64,000 bases of DNA from Selaginella moellendorffii (lineage: Eukaryota; Plantae; Lycopodiophyta). Where the stretch lies: positions 2,521,839 through 2,585,838 of the forward strand of contig NW_003314267.1 of NCBI RefSeq assembly GCF_000143415.4. Reading direction: 5' to 3'. Shown in pieces: positions 1 through 12,100 of this stretch. Numbering within the stretch: the first letter of the stretch is position 1; each line of letters begins with the position of its first letter. Made by a program: the position numbers and the translations under genes. The notes beneath the pieces were generated by a model, which searched no databases, was not told the origin of the DNA, and saw nothing but the letters and a program-made list of their open reading frames with translations.

Positions 1-857
1 GAGACGATAGCGGTCGGTTTGTGAAGCTTTTCGTCTTTTTCTTTCGGTTAGTTATCACATATAGTTTTGGATGCAGTTGTAAATTGTATACAGTGCCATC
101 CTCATGATTGCTTGGTGGCAACGAGCGGCATTGACAACACTATTAAGGTGGCTTTGTTCTCCTTTTCATTTGAGAGCCAACTGAATGAGTTTTTATGCAG
201 CTCTGGTCACCCAGTTCTAATACTGAAGCTCGGCGTGCCAAAGGAGCCGACTCTGACGCTCTTCGCATCATGGCCGACAACCAACAACAGATGCGCCGCC
301 ATCGTGAGATTGGATTGTAAGTCCCTGGCTCTCTCCATTCTTTAGCGATTTGCTTTCTTGTGTGTTTTTTCGTCCTTGGGCCCAACTTAACTTTGGTTCC
401 AGCTCACTCGTTTCATGCATTACTAACAAGAACTGAGTGCCTCGGTCGTTTGTTTCGCTCCTCGCTGTTTTTTTCTTAACATTTTTGGATCGATTGGCTT
501 GAACAGCTTGCTGATTACTCAATGGTGGAGTGCCAGGCGGTTCGAATTTATGCCAGAGAATGGACACCTCGGTGGTGCTGAAACCGGATCTAATCCCCCG
601 ACTGAGTGCTGGGATTCATTCCATCCTTGCCTCTCTTTTTTTCTTGTTCTTGTGCTCTGGTTATGGTGGTCTTTCTCGTCGTTTTGGTTTCTTCCTTTCT
701 TTTTCTTTCATCGATGTCCTTACGTTCTTTCATTGTGTACTAACTCGTGCTTGTGTGTTGTGTATTTGTCTTCTTTTGGAACAGGCCAATAGAACTTCTC
801 CAGCGGATTAGAGGAGTAGAAGCCGCTGTTCATCCGTTCGAGTGTACACAAAGCTAG
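1..857 (+). CDS. 3' end of WD40/DWD protein, ASG2/WDTC1-like (partial; exons <1-12, 77-147, 201-316, 785-857)
   Basis: Spliced translation ..DDS/VVNCIQCHPHDCLVATSGIDNTIK/LWSP..MADNQQQMRRHREIGL/PIELLQRIRGVEAAVHPFECTQS*. The last WD40 blade is typical of the DCAF8/WDTC1 family, and the protein ends in a CaaX-like CTQS. Introns are GT-AG. Confidence 0.8.
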
Positions 858-1371
858 TGACAAGAAAGAGCTAGAGGTTTGTTCGATTGATCTTTCTTCT
901 TACCTTGGTTTTCTCTCCTCCAAGTTTTCTAGTTCTTTCTCAGCACAGTGCTTGCAGCTAGGCAAAAAACGAGATTTGTAAATAAACGGGCAAGTTAAAA
1001 TGGCGCGAGTTTTTTCTTCCTGGAATGGAAACAAATATTTCCTAAATAGAATGGATGGATGGATGTGAATGAATGGACGGCTGGGATGTATGGGTGTAAT
1101 GGACGGATGAGATGGATGTGGAGCCGCTGACGTCATCAACTTAGGGCACACGTATGTATGCCGCCTCGTGGGAGGCATGGCACATGCGATGGTCACATGG
1201 CCATTGAATTTGCGCCATGGTCCATGCCATGCCCATAGATGAATGGATGGATACATTCATAACGAGCTTCTCTCTGCGAGGAGCGTTTGAAAAAATAGTA
1301 TCGTGGGCGCCTTCTCTTCTCTAGGTCTTGGCGAATCCGAGCGCTGAGAGAATTACCTCGCCGCGCGCCCC

Positions 1372-2573
1372 ATGGATTTAGGATCGCGGCAGCATTTCCA
1401 GACGCAGCCGCCAGCGTCGTCGTCGTCGCCACCGCCACAGCCGCCGCCAGCGGAGGAGCAGCAGCACCATGGATTGGTGGACATGGAATCGATCTGGACG
1501 GAGGATTCAGCTGCCATGGCTGCTGCTGCTGCCGATGCCGCGGGCGTCGTCGTCGACGATGCGTTCCAGATGCCTCATTTCCTGCTCCCTCCTCCCAATC
1601 TCCCTCACAATTTCGCGCAAAGCTGCCTCGCCAATCCCGCGCAGGTGATGACCGAGGAGCAGCTTGAGACGCTGCGGCGCCAGATTTCGGTCTACGCCAC
1701 GATCTGCCAGCAGCTCGTGGAGATGCACAAGGCAACGATCTCACACCAGCACACATACAATGGTAAGAACTCTCTCCCTTCTCTCTTCCCTCTCGATCAT
1801 ATTCTTTCTCGGTCGCGGAAATCTCGCTAGATAATTTGAAACATTCGCCGCGTGTGCTCCTGATCAGGCTTGCTTCTCGGCCACCAATCTCCTGCCATCC
1901 AGGACTCGTCTCCAATGCTCCTGGGAATCCACCACAAGCCAACGTCGCGGCAAAGATGGACACCATCGCAGAACCAGCTGAGGATCCTCGAGAGGCTCTT
2001 CAAGCAGGGCAATGGGACGCCAAACCGGCAAAGGATCAAGGAGATCACGAGCGAGCTGAGCCAGCACGGCCAAATCTCCGAGACCAATGTCTACAACTGG
2101 TTCCAGAACCGGAAGGCTCGAGCAAAGAGGAAGCAACGACACAACAATGCGACCCCCTCCACGACCACCACCTCCTCGCAGCACAAGGACGCCGAATCGG
2201 AAGTGGAGACCGATGGAGATCACTCGCCGGAAGAAAAGAGGAGCAAAGTAAGCTCGTCCACGCCGCAGCAGCAGCTCCAGATGGATCAAAGCAACACCAC
2301 CACCGAAGCGATTGGTAAGTTTTCATCGATCGTTTTTCTCGGTTCCCAGGCACTCTCTGATTTTTTTCGTTTGATTCTCCAGGAACTCGCTACGCGGTCG
2401 TCATGCTCAATGGAAAGGCCTGGAAAGTAAAACCAGGGAGAATCAACGTAAGGAGTAACTTTGGAGACAATGCCGTGCTGCTAGATCCGAGAGGTCATGT
2501 GGTGGCCACGAGCGAGCAAGGCTTGACTTTAGATCCTCTACAACCTGGTGGAAGCTACACGGTTGCTGTGTGA
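1372..2573 (+). CDS. WOX: WUSCHEL-related homeobox transcription factor, WOX13-type (exons 1372-1762, 1868-2314, 2383-2573)
   Basis: WOX13 N-terminal motif [28 protein letters not shown], homeodomain [23 protein letters not shown], and an in-frame third exon after a GT-AG intron. Confidence 0.93.
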
Positions 2574-2966
2574 ATAAATTACAACAAAGAACCATAAACA
2601 AGAGCATTGATGTTTGATCTCATGGCTTTGCCAACTTTTCACGTCTTGGGTGTTCTTCGACTTGCATTAACTTCGTGGTATTTAATGGAACAGCGCATGC
2701 ATGCAGAGTCTTCGCGGGATCCGACAGCAAACGATCAAGCAAAGTCCAACTTCATGCTTACGTGTCCAAAATTCTCTTTGTTCCCGCAAGTCAAAGCTCT
2801 ACTTTTCTTTAGTTCTTGTTCTGCCTTGTCCAGGTGTTCATAGATCTCCTCACTGGTTAAATTGATTTCCAATGTTTTGTCACTGGTGAGATCCTAGAGA
2901 GGAGGAACAAAAACCTCGCGGCTGACTGATTCTCAAAAATTTTAAAGCAAATCCACCGGTTTGCAT

Positions 2967-4590
2967 TTACAAACCAATGATTCTCTGGAATTTCTGTATC
3001 TGATTTAAGAATATCCAAGTCATCTGCAAGTAGCAAGGCCAATTAAACACTAGAAAAAAGAAGGAAACAAAGATTGTATCTGTACCATAACGTGAGGAGC
3101 AATCCGAATGCAGTATGTCCCAAAGCCAGTGTAGAACTTCAAAGGCCCATAAGTTTTCAGCGTCTTGACAGCGCAGTCAACTGAGCCCGAGTACGGGTAT
3201 TTGCCGTCCGGGCCGGGCTGCATCTTTTGGATTTGAGTCTTGACGTAATCGAAAGGGAGGCTGCATGCCGACGCAAAGAAGCCCGACACAGCACTGGCAC
3301 CTGCGAGACACACGATATGTCTTCGATTAGCTCACGAAGTTCAAAGAGAGAGCACCGCAGCAGACAAGCAAGGGGACAAGTATTTAAGCTTACCAGCTTG
3401 AAGAGCAAGAAAAACCAGCCACACAAAGAGGAGGAGGAGCTCTCAAGTCTGAAGAGAGAAACGAGAAAGAACGAAACTGAAGCTTACACAGAACCACAAA
3501 AGCGAAAGAAAGTATAGATAGGAAGAAATGAGCTCATCGACGGAATACAAAGAAGGAACTTGTAGAAAGAGGAAACTTTGACGCAAAACTACAAAGAAAA
3601 AACTAGAGAGCTTACCAACAACAGTTTGGACCTCGGAGAAATTGAGCGTGTCCTTGAAGAACTCCACGGACTGATCGTAAGACGCCAGCATTCCCATGTT
3701 GAGAGCCATGGCACGAACAACAGTCGGGCCAGCTCCCTTCCACAGTGCCAAAACTCCCTCGTCGTGAGCGATTCGAGAGAGAGCGTGCAGCGCATGCTGG
3801 TAATTCCTTCGCTGATTTGGGGGCAGCACGGCATCGGCTTGCATGCGAATGAGTGCCAAGTCTGCGGGACTTCCAACGGAGGCACCGATCGCTCCCGCAG
3901 TGAGACCGCAAAAGGCCTTTTGGTAGAGCGGGAGCGGCTTTCCATCGTTGGCTTGAGTGGCTTTCGCGGTCAGCAGCCTTCACACGCAGAGAGCAAAGCC
4001 AAGTCTGAAGTCAAGGAGACAAATAAAATAGAGGTTTTAGAGTAAACAATTCTCGATTTGTACCTGAAAGATCCGAGACGAGCGGTGGTGTAAGTTGCTT
4101 GACGCAGCAATCCAGCAGTGAGACCCTGGAACAAAGAAAAGAATAAAATTGGAGCTTCAGCCAAGAGAAAAACGTCTAAGGACTGCATGGAAGAAAATTA
4201 GAAGAAGGAAGGCTTCATAGAAGAAAACATAGAACTTCAAACAATCGAGAGAAAAAATTCGATGACACTCCTCGAAATGAAAATGCCGGAGCTCGAGTGC
4301 AAGGATGGAAATATGGAGTACCTTGTACAGAGAGAAGAATCCCTCGTTCTTGATCACTTGTTTGGCGACCTGGAACGCTCCTCCTTGCCCTAGCTGGATC
4401 CGGACCTGGCACACCGCAAAATCCAGTCGAATCGAAATATTTCGGGACGGATATGCGATCTGCGCACCTTGATCATGTCAATGGGCTGGATCACAGCCGT
4501 AGCGCACATCCCCGCGGTGCCGCCATTCACAAAGGGCTTGATCACACTCCATACCGTCGGACACCTCTTCACCTTGTCGTCCACGGCCAT
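2967..4590 (-). CDS. DTC: Mitochondrial dicarboxylate/tricarboxylate carrier (multi-exon; alternative upstream ATG at 4608)
   Basis: Carrier signatures PFVNGG..IQPIDMIKVRIQLGQG, GLLRQATYTTARLG, ALIRMQAD, SLPFDYVKTQIQKM, RIAPHVM/MTWIFLNQIQKFQRIIGL*. Confidence 0.93.
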
Positions 4591-4889
4591 GGTCGATGTC
4601 ACGGCCATTCTTCGTCGAATGCGCCGGAGAATCGCCGCAACATGGACTAGCACAAGCGCGGCGCATTCCTCGTCGGCGCCCCCATTCCATGGGACGGTTT
4701 AAATTGCCCTAGAAAAATACCGTTAAACTGCTACGTGGCAAGAACGAGCCACTAGCTGCCTTCCACGTGTAAACCATCGCCAGTTATGCGTGTCCACATG
4801 GCAAGTTTTAGTTTTAGGGTTCCTCGGCGTCGTCCATGAAGGAACGCTCGGACGATGCGGTAGGGAAGATCGAGAATCGATCGCACAGC

Positions 4890-5473
4890 ATGGTGATGGA
4901 ATGGCAGAGCGCGGCGGTGGCCGGATCGGGAGGAGGAGGGGGTGCATTGAATATGGGGAGGGCGGCAGCGCTCCAAAACTACAATCTGGAGCTGGTTCAT
5001 CGTAGGTGAAATCGATGTTTTTTGATCGATCGGCTGTGTTCTTGGTCTCTTGTTCTTCTTCTCCAGGGATCGAGGAGCTGAGGGAGAAGCGCGATGAGAT
5101 CAAGAGGATAATGCAGCTGGAGGAGGAGGAGAAGGCGGTGATCCAGAAGGATCTGGCGGCTCTCAGCAAGCGCCTAGCGGAACTGGAGGATAGCCTCTCC
5201 CGGAAGTACGCCTACTCGAGCGAGTATGACAAGACTATCCGCGAGGTGGAATCCGCTTACGCGAAGGTATGTCACGCTCGATTCGAATTCGTCTCTCTTT
5301 CCTCGTCCTTCGAACAACTCCATACCGATCGATCAATCTCAATCACAAATCTCCATTGAACTTGATCACAAATTGTCCATATCTCGCAGATTTTGGAGAG
5401 CTCCAAGGCTCTACTTCACGTCCTCAAGACAGAGCCCATGAATCCTTCCATGGATCTTCTCAAGAAGCCCTGA
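4890..5473 (+). CDS. SSNA1: SSNA1/NA14/DIP13 family coiled-coil centriole/microtubule protein (exons 4890 or 4953-5001, 5067-5266, 5390-5473)
   Basis: Spliced product ..AALQNYNLELVHRIEELREKRDEI..LSKRLAELEDSLSRK..EYDKTIREVESAYAKILESSKALLHVLK matches the DIP13/SSNA1 pattern (LQNxNxEL..IEDLREKR..YDK.I.E.E.AY.KILESSQTLL). Confidence 0.9.
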
Positions 5474-5646
5474 TTTGAGGAGGACTTGTAAGAAATTCAA
5501 ATCTGCTTTGGCGCTATTTCTTGATCACCAAGTAATTTCGATTAGAAGCTCTGTAAGGATGTATACTTAACATTTTCTAAGGATGTTTGACTGTCCTTGA
5601 TTAATTATTAAACTAATTAATCTTAGTCCATATAAACTACATAGGC

Positions 5647-6762
5647 ATGGCCGCGACGAGTTTCATCGAGATGCGGTGGCGCCTATGGACGTTATCAATG
5701 ATTTGTTAGAGGTTTGGCTGATTGTTCACAGGATGCGGGTTGCTCTGGTTTGGTATGGTAAGAAGACGGGGAAGACTACCGATGAGATAATGCTCTTAGG
5801 ATGCAAACCGCACTCGAGTTGCCGGCTGACAGCATTGGGATCTCATAACATATGAGCGTATCCTCACTAAGACTGGCAGTGCTCCAGCTATGACGAAGGC
5901 TTTTACTTATGATCCTCTCGAAAGTTGTTTGGCCCCAGAAAACCAGCTCAAAGTTGACGCATCTTGATAAAGCGGTTGTTACTGATTACCTGAGGTGTTT
6001 ATTGGTGAAAGTCGAGGGAGGCTTTTCTTTTGGCCAGGCTTGGGAGCTACAACTGGTTCATGGCGTTTATGGCGATGGCGGAAGCAGTTGTTCTCCTGGA
6101 GCACAACACTAAAAACACAAAAAACAATAAAGGCTGAAACAAATAAGAGAGGATGCCAATCTTTAAATTGCCATATAATTTTATTTTCTTTGCCTTTCCC
6201 AATCTAACTCGTCTATATAATTACCCTCAAAATAATAAAATTCTTTTTCATCTTAAATCTTTTTAGACACAGCTTATGGTAGTTTTTATTTACTGTAGAG
6301 TTTCTGATCCAAATCATACTCATCAAACATGACCTCCAAGTGGATTCCTTCTGCTTTTCATCCACATCGTCCAGAATCTTCAATGTCGTCAACATCCAAG
6401 CCTTACTTAGATCAATCGCCATCTCCCCAAATGGAATGGAGAGCATTTCCTGTCGTCCATCATGAACACTCTCCACAACATTGTATCAATGGGTAACGTT
6501 TGATTGAAACTGGCACGAAGTCCAAGTCGTCAGACTGAGCTAGTGTTGCAATTCGTGGCTCCCAAGTCATTGTCTTGTAATCCAAGAAGGACCCGAGAAA
6601 CGTTTTGGCAGCTCGTTTTCTATTCCATCACACATCTCCATCTCCCAGCCAAAATTCTTCTTGGGCAAACCATACAACACTCTCTCAGTATAATAATCAT
6701 TGTCGTTGCTACTGAGGTTGCAGAGCATTGCACGCCACAGCTTGGAGATGCTATATCTGTAG
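5647..6762. pseudogene. Rearranged pseudogene copy of the orphan ORF at 31076-32173 (5' half on +, 3' half on -)
   Basis: 5647-6104 (+) aligns by eye to 31076-31597, with deletions and frameshifts. About 6250-6762 (-) aligns to 31620-32160 (SIPFGEMAIDLSKAWML vs SIPFGKMVVDLSGAWML). Confidence 0.85.
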
Positions 6763-9168
6763 GAAGTACAATACTTTCTTCTTTTAGCATGTTGATCTTG
6801 TTCTCAATGTATTATTAAGTTAAATGTTCCTTATTTTCCCCAAAATTATATAGATTTTTTAGAGTGTGTATATCATAGAGAATTTTGTTTGTATGTTATT
6901 GGTGGAATCTTTGATCATTTTTTATGTTAAGTAAGGATTAAATTACTTTTGCAAAAGTTTAAAATTGATTATATTTCCTATATGATAATGAATTTTTGTT
7001 TTATTGTTGTTGTTAAAGAGGAGAGTTTTCAGAGTTTCTTTTTTATTTTCACATTGCAAGTGTTGAGTTTGATGTTAAGGAGGTTGAACTTCTGGACTAT
7101 TTCATTTTGGTAGAAGTATTTTGTAATAAGATATTCTTGATTATCCAAATTTTTTACTTAAGTAGAGTCTTTTATAACATAAGTTCCTTTGTTATCCAAA
7201 TATCTTTTGCTTTTTCAATTTTTGGCTTAATAGCTACTGAAAATTCCTTTTCTATGTTTTCTTTTTTTATGTTGTTTTTTCATCAATTTTTCTTTACTTT
7301 CTCCTTGTTCATATAATGCATGTGGTTTTTACGTTTTATCCTATGATAATTTACTATAGGATAACCATGAAGTAAAACCTAAACTCTTTATGTGCCACAT
7401 GTTATATACCATGTGTTATATGCCACATGTTTAAAAACAATAAAGTAAAACTTGAGTTTCATGGCCTTGGGCCACTAAATGAAAGAACAAAGTTAAACTC
7501 CTAAACTTATAGCCAAAGAATGAAGGAATTAGAGTATGGAGCAACTCTTGAGTGTTCAACCCAAGGAGCGAAGGGACAAAAACAAAGAATGATGTAAGAA
7601 CAATTTTAGAGCTTTTAACATCCCAATGCTAAAACTAATATGTAAAATAAAACTAAACAGAGTCTAATGCTATTTTAGCATACTGGTGGTTTCACACAAG
7701 GATATGGGTACTCTACTAATTAGTATAGTATGGAACTTGGGTTTAGACTCAGATCGAATGTAGAACAAGGATAGGCACATAAGCAAGAGCTAAACTAAAC
7801 CTTGAGGAATGCATGCTTTGAGCTTTTACCCTTAGTGTCAAGAGTTAGTCTCTAACACAATTATGAAAATTATTAAATATGGAATGGCACTAGATTACAA
7901 ACTTGAAAGCAACACTATTATGTTCAAGAAAATTTCTACATCCAACTAGCAAATCTAAACACTTTCTATAAATAGTCAATAATACCAAATAGAACTAACA
8001 CAAAGAGCATGATAGCGAGAGTGTTTTGGTAGATATAATAAACTATCATTTAATGAGTATTGAAAGACCAATCTCAATATCTTATCAAGCCAGTGCATGA
8101 CAAAGTAAAAAAGAACTAACAAACTGAACTAAATATATTTAGCTAAATGGACATTTAGGAATTCCTTCCTTATGCTTGTTCGACTAAGTATAGATGCTAA
8201 ATCAAGTTTATTAACACTTGAACAAGAAGGATTAATAAAGGGTTCAATAATATTAACCTTGTGGCACAAAGGAAAGAATATTCAAAAGGACTCACTGTCA
8301 AGTAATTTTCAATATAATCACATTCATGATAGTTATTTAGATGCTTTAAATTTTTTATTTTTTTTTAAGGTAGAGAGCTATAGATAGGAATTCAGCTCTA
8401 AAGATGGAGTGAAAATATGTGATAATAGTATAGAGTCATGATAAATAACATCTATTTTAAGATGCCCCAAAAATGGAGTGAGGATGAGTGATAATGGTAT
8501 ACAACTAGGATTTTAGGGTGAGGACAAGTATAACAAGACCAATGAAATGTTTGGCCCAAACAAAATGAAGTTAAGTAAATAACATATATAGCAAGTTGAA
8601 ACAAATTTATGCTTTAAAATGGGATATTAAAGATATAAAGGACAAATAAAATAAGCATGACTTCTTATATGTTATGTTAGATGATGATGAAAGTTCTTAG
8701 TCTGAGTTAATGCAAGTCTTTAAAGTTGCTTAGAAGGAAAATGTAAAGATAGGGTTTATCATTTATTGCAGTGTGTTTAGTGGATTGCAAGTGGCTTAAG
8801 CATTTACTAATTGTTGACAAGGTTGTAGCCAATTTATCAAGATGTTATAAATATTGATTGATGATTATGGTTTACAATAGAAACCATGGAAAAAATAGAA
8901 CCAGAAACCATGGATAAGCATAAGTAAAAATATACAAAATCCTGATGAATAAGCTATAACTTCATGTGATATTTAATTCTCTCAAACACTATTGTAAAAC
9001 TACATAATATAGTTATTAAGATTATCCATATCAATTATGGACAGTACTAGAAATCATGAAATAGAATACATTACTTTTTTAGTATAAATAGTGTTGTGGC
9101 TTATAATGGCCTTAATATAGTGATACATTTTAAAATATAATATAAAAAATAGTCTAGAAATTTAATAG

Positions 9169-12100
9169 TGTGAGTGCATAGAATATAGAAAGGGAATATA
9201 GAAAATGTGCATATCAATTAGCCAAAAACCCTAGCTTATATATAAGAGCGAGTGGTTCATATTGAAACCAATTTGACAGCTACCAAAATCCCACTACACT
9301 AATATATCATAGCCATACACTTAGACCTTATATCATAAGACTATCAGGGTTCTTTTGTAGATGGGCTGGGATCTGGAGGAATGTTATGAGGAGGCATCAA
9401 CGGATCTGTATGTGGTATTAATTGTTCCTGATCCTGTTGTACAAAGCATTTCAACTTGTGCATATATATAATTTCTAGAGGATTAGTTTGTTAAACATCA
9501 TGCTAAACCTCATAAACTTATGGTCCAACTTGCTACAACACTCAATACGGTCCTTTCTACTAAGCAAGGAGCCCCCTAGATAAATCATATACCATAAGAT
9601 GGGAAAAACAGATTAACACAATCATCCATTTTGTACTTTGTAAGTGGAAGATGATAGGAGTTGTAACACCATTATTATCCCATTTGTGTGCGGCCTAAGT
9701 GTTTGGCAAACTCCATTCGAACAAGTGGAAGAATACTCATCAAATACTGATCCCACAACCTAGCATCAGCAGCTTGTGGCAATTGCGAAGGTAAACCTAG
9801 CTCCATTGGTAATATTGGATCATGACTATATAAGAGTTTTGTTTAGTGAAAGACCAACAAAACTCTACACCCCTGTGACATATGCGGGGACTATATATGA
9901 GATGGCAAATAACCATCCTAATCCAAATACTGAAAATTCACGTACTTCGCAATCATTCCTTTGAATGTTTGAACAAGTTGTTCCACCAAACTATCTGATT
10001 GTGGATAATAAGCACTTATGAAAGTGTAGCGTATCCCCAACTAAGACATCAAAACATGAAATACCTCAATCATAAATGTGAGATTATTATCCGAAAGAAT
10101 CCGCTCTAGACAAGAATGTTGGAACACCACTCGATTGAGGAGGAAGTATCTAACAGTAGTTGCAGAGGCACTAGCAAGAGTACTAACTTCCACCCAATGA
10201 ATCAAATAATTATAAGCAACAATAACATATTTGTTGTCAAAAGTCGATTGTGGAAAAGGTTCCATAAAATCAAATGCCACAAACTCAAATGGACAGGAAA
10301 TTGCAATTGACTCCAACCATTTTTCTGCAGCACAAGGGGGAATATTACGAATTTGGCACCAAACGCAACTGCGCACATACTAGATAACATCATACCGGCT
10401 AATAAAAAGACTTGTGTAGCTTCTTAGTCATACGATGATATCCCATACTCACCTAGAACAAGAGAATCATGGTAAGCATGGAAAAACTATGGAATAAAAA
10501 CGGAAGGCACCATTAGCCATAAATGATTTTCAAAATTCGTCCCTACAAAATAAAGAAGGCCATCTTTAAGGCAATATTGAGAATGTAAATGCCGGAATGG
10601 CAAGTTATTAGCAAGTGATGTAGGATTCTTAAACCCATCTCGAGGCCTTCAAATCCATGGCTTAATTTTTTGAGACTGTGAACCTCATCAAAAGAAGGTA
10701 TATCTTACTCTACACCTTGTGGATATTAAACATTAAGTACAATAATTGTCGACGGCACAGAATCCTTGTTTAGAAAATCCACAGATGCTAAAACAATAGA
10801 CTCGTAAAAAACATGAGAAGAAAGTGAAGAAGGAAAAGGAGCTCAAGAAAGAGCATTAGTATCAATCATAGAACTCTCTAAGCGATGAACAAAATCATAT
10901 ATCTGAAGTTTCAAAGCCCACTGAGTAGTATGACCAACCAGGTTCTTCTGCTTTAATAATAAAGTAACGATACCATAATCATTTTTTAATAACGTTTGAG
11001 AACTATGTAGATATGTATAAAGTTTCAACTACTGCTAAACACTCCTTCTCCATCATGGAGTAGTTCACCTCCATTGATTGTAACATATGGCTTATATATG
11101 CAATAAGATGGCACTGGCCAGACACACTTGGGCTCTCTTCCATCAACACTCCTCCAAGACTAATATCAGAAGCATTCATGCACAAAATAAAAGGTTAAGT
11201 GTAGTTAGGATATGCCAAAATTGAAAAAATCATCAATAGATTTTTTAGATCCATGAACACCAACTCACAATCTAGAGACTAGATGAAAGATGACGTTAAT
11301 GACTTCAACAACACTCACAACGGTGCAGTGTGATCAGAAAGATGATCAACAAAACAACTAAGATACTGCACTTTGCCCAGGAAGCATTGCATATCATTCA
11401 CACACTTTGGAGTAGGGAACCTTAGGATAGCCACAAGTTTATTAGGATCAACTTGCAAACCCTCACAAAAAAACAATACCCAAGATAAGTCGTGTTCTTG
11501 GACCCAAACACGTGTTTTGATCACTTCAGCTTTAAACGAATGTCCCATAATCAATCCAACACTTTACAAATATCACAGACATGTTCCTTCCATGTCCCCT
11601 CCAAATGGATTAAGACATCATTAATGAAGTCAGCAGTCACCTCCGGCATATTGTAAAGAACCTCATTCATCATCTGCTGAAAAGTTGCTTGAGTATTGTT
11701 CAAACCAAACAGCATCACCAAGAACTTGTATAAACTAAACTATATACAAAAATCAATCTTAGAAATATCTTTTTCAGCCATCAATACTTGTCAGTACCTA
11801 GAAGCAAGATCTAGCTTGGTGAACCAACAACTTCTCCCTAGACAATCCAAAAGATTAGCAATATAAGGAAAAGGGTATATATTTGAGATTGTCACTTCGT
11901 TTAATGGACAATAGTCGATGTAAAAATGAATGCTCCCATCAAACTTCATCACAAGGTGAGGTTTACATGCCTAAGGACTCTGCAACTTTTGAATAACACC
12001 TTTTTCCAATATCCCCTTGACGTTTGGATGTAAAATCTTGATCTCTTTGGGTGATCGACAACAAACAGAAACCTTGATAGGATGAGCATCCTCAGTTGGA

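Noticed and set aside
1193-1966. 257-aa - strand ORF
   Set aside because: Antisense shadow of WOX exon 1.
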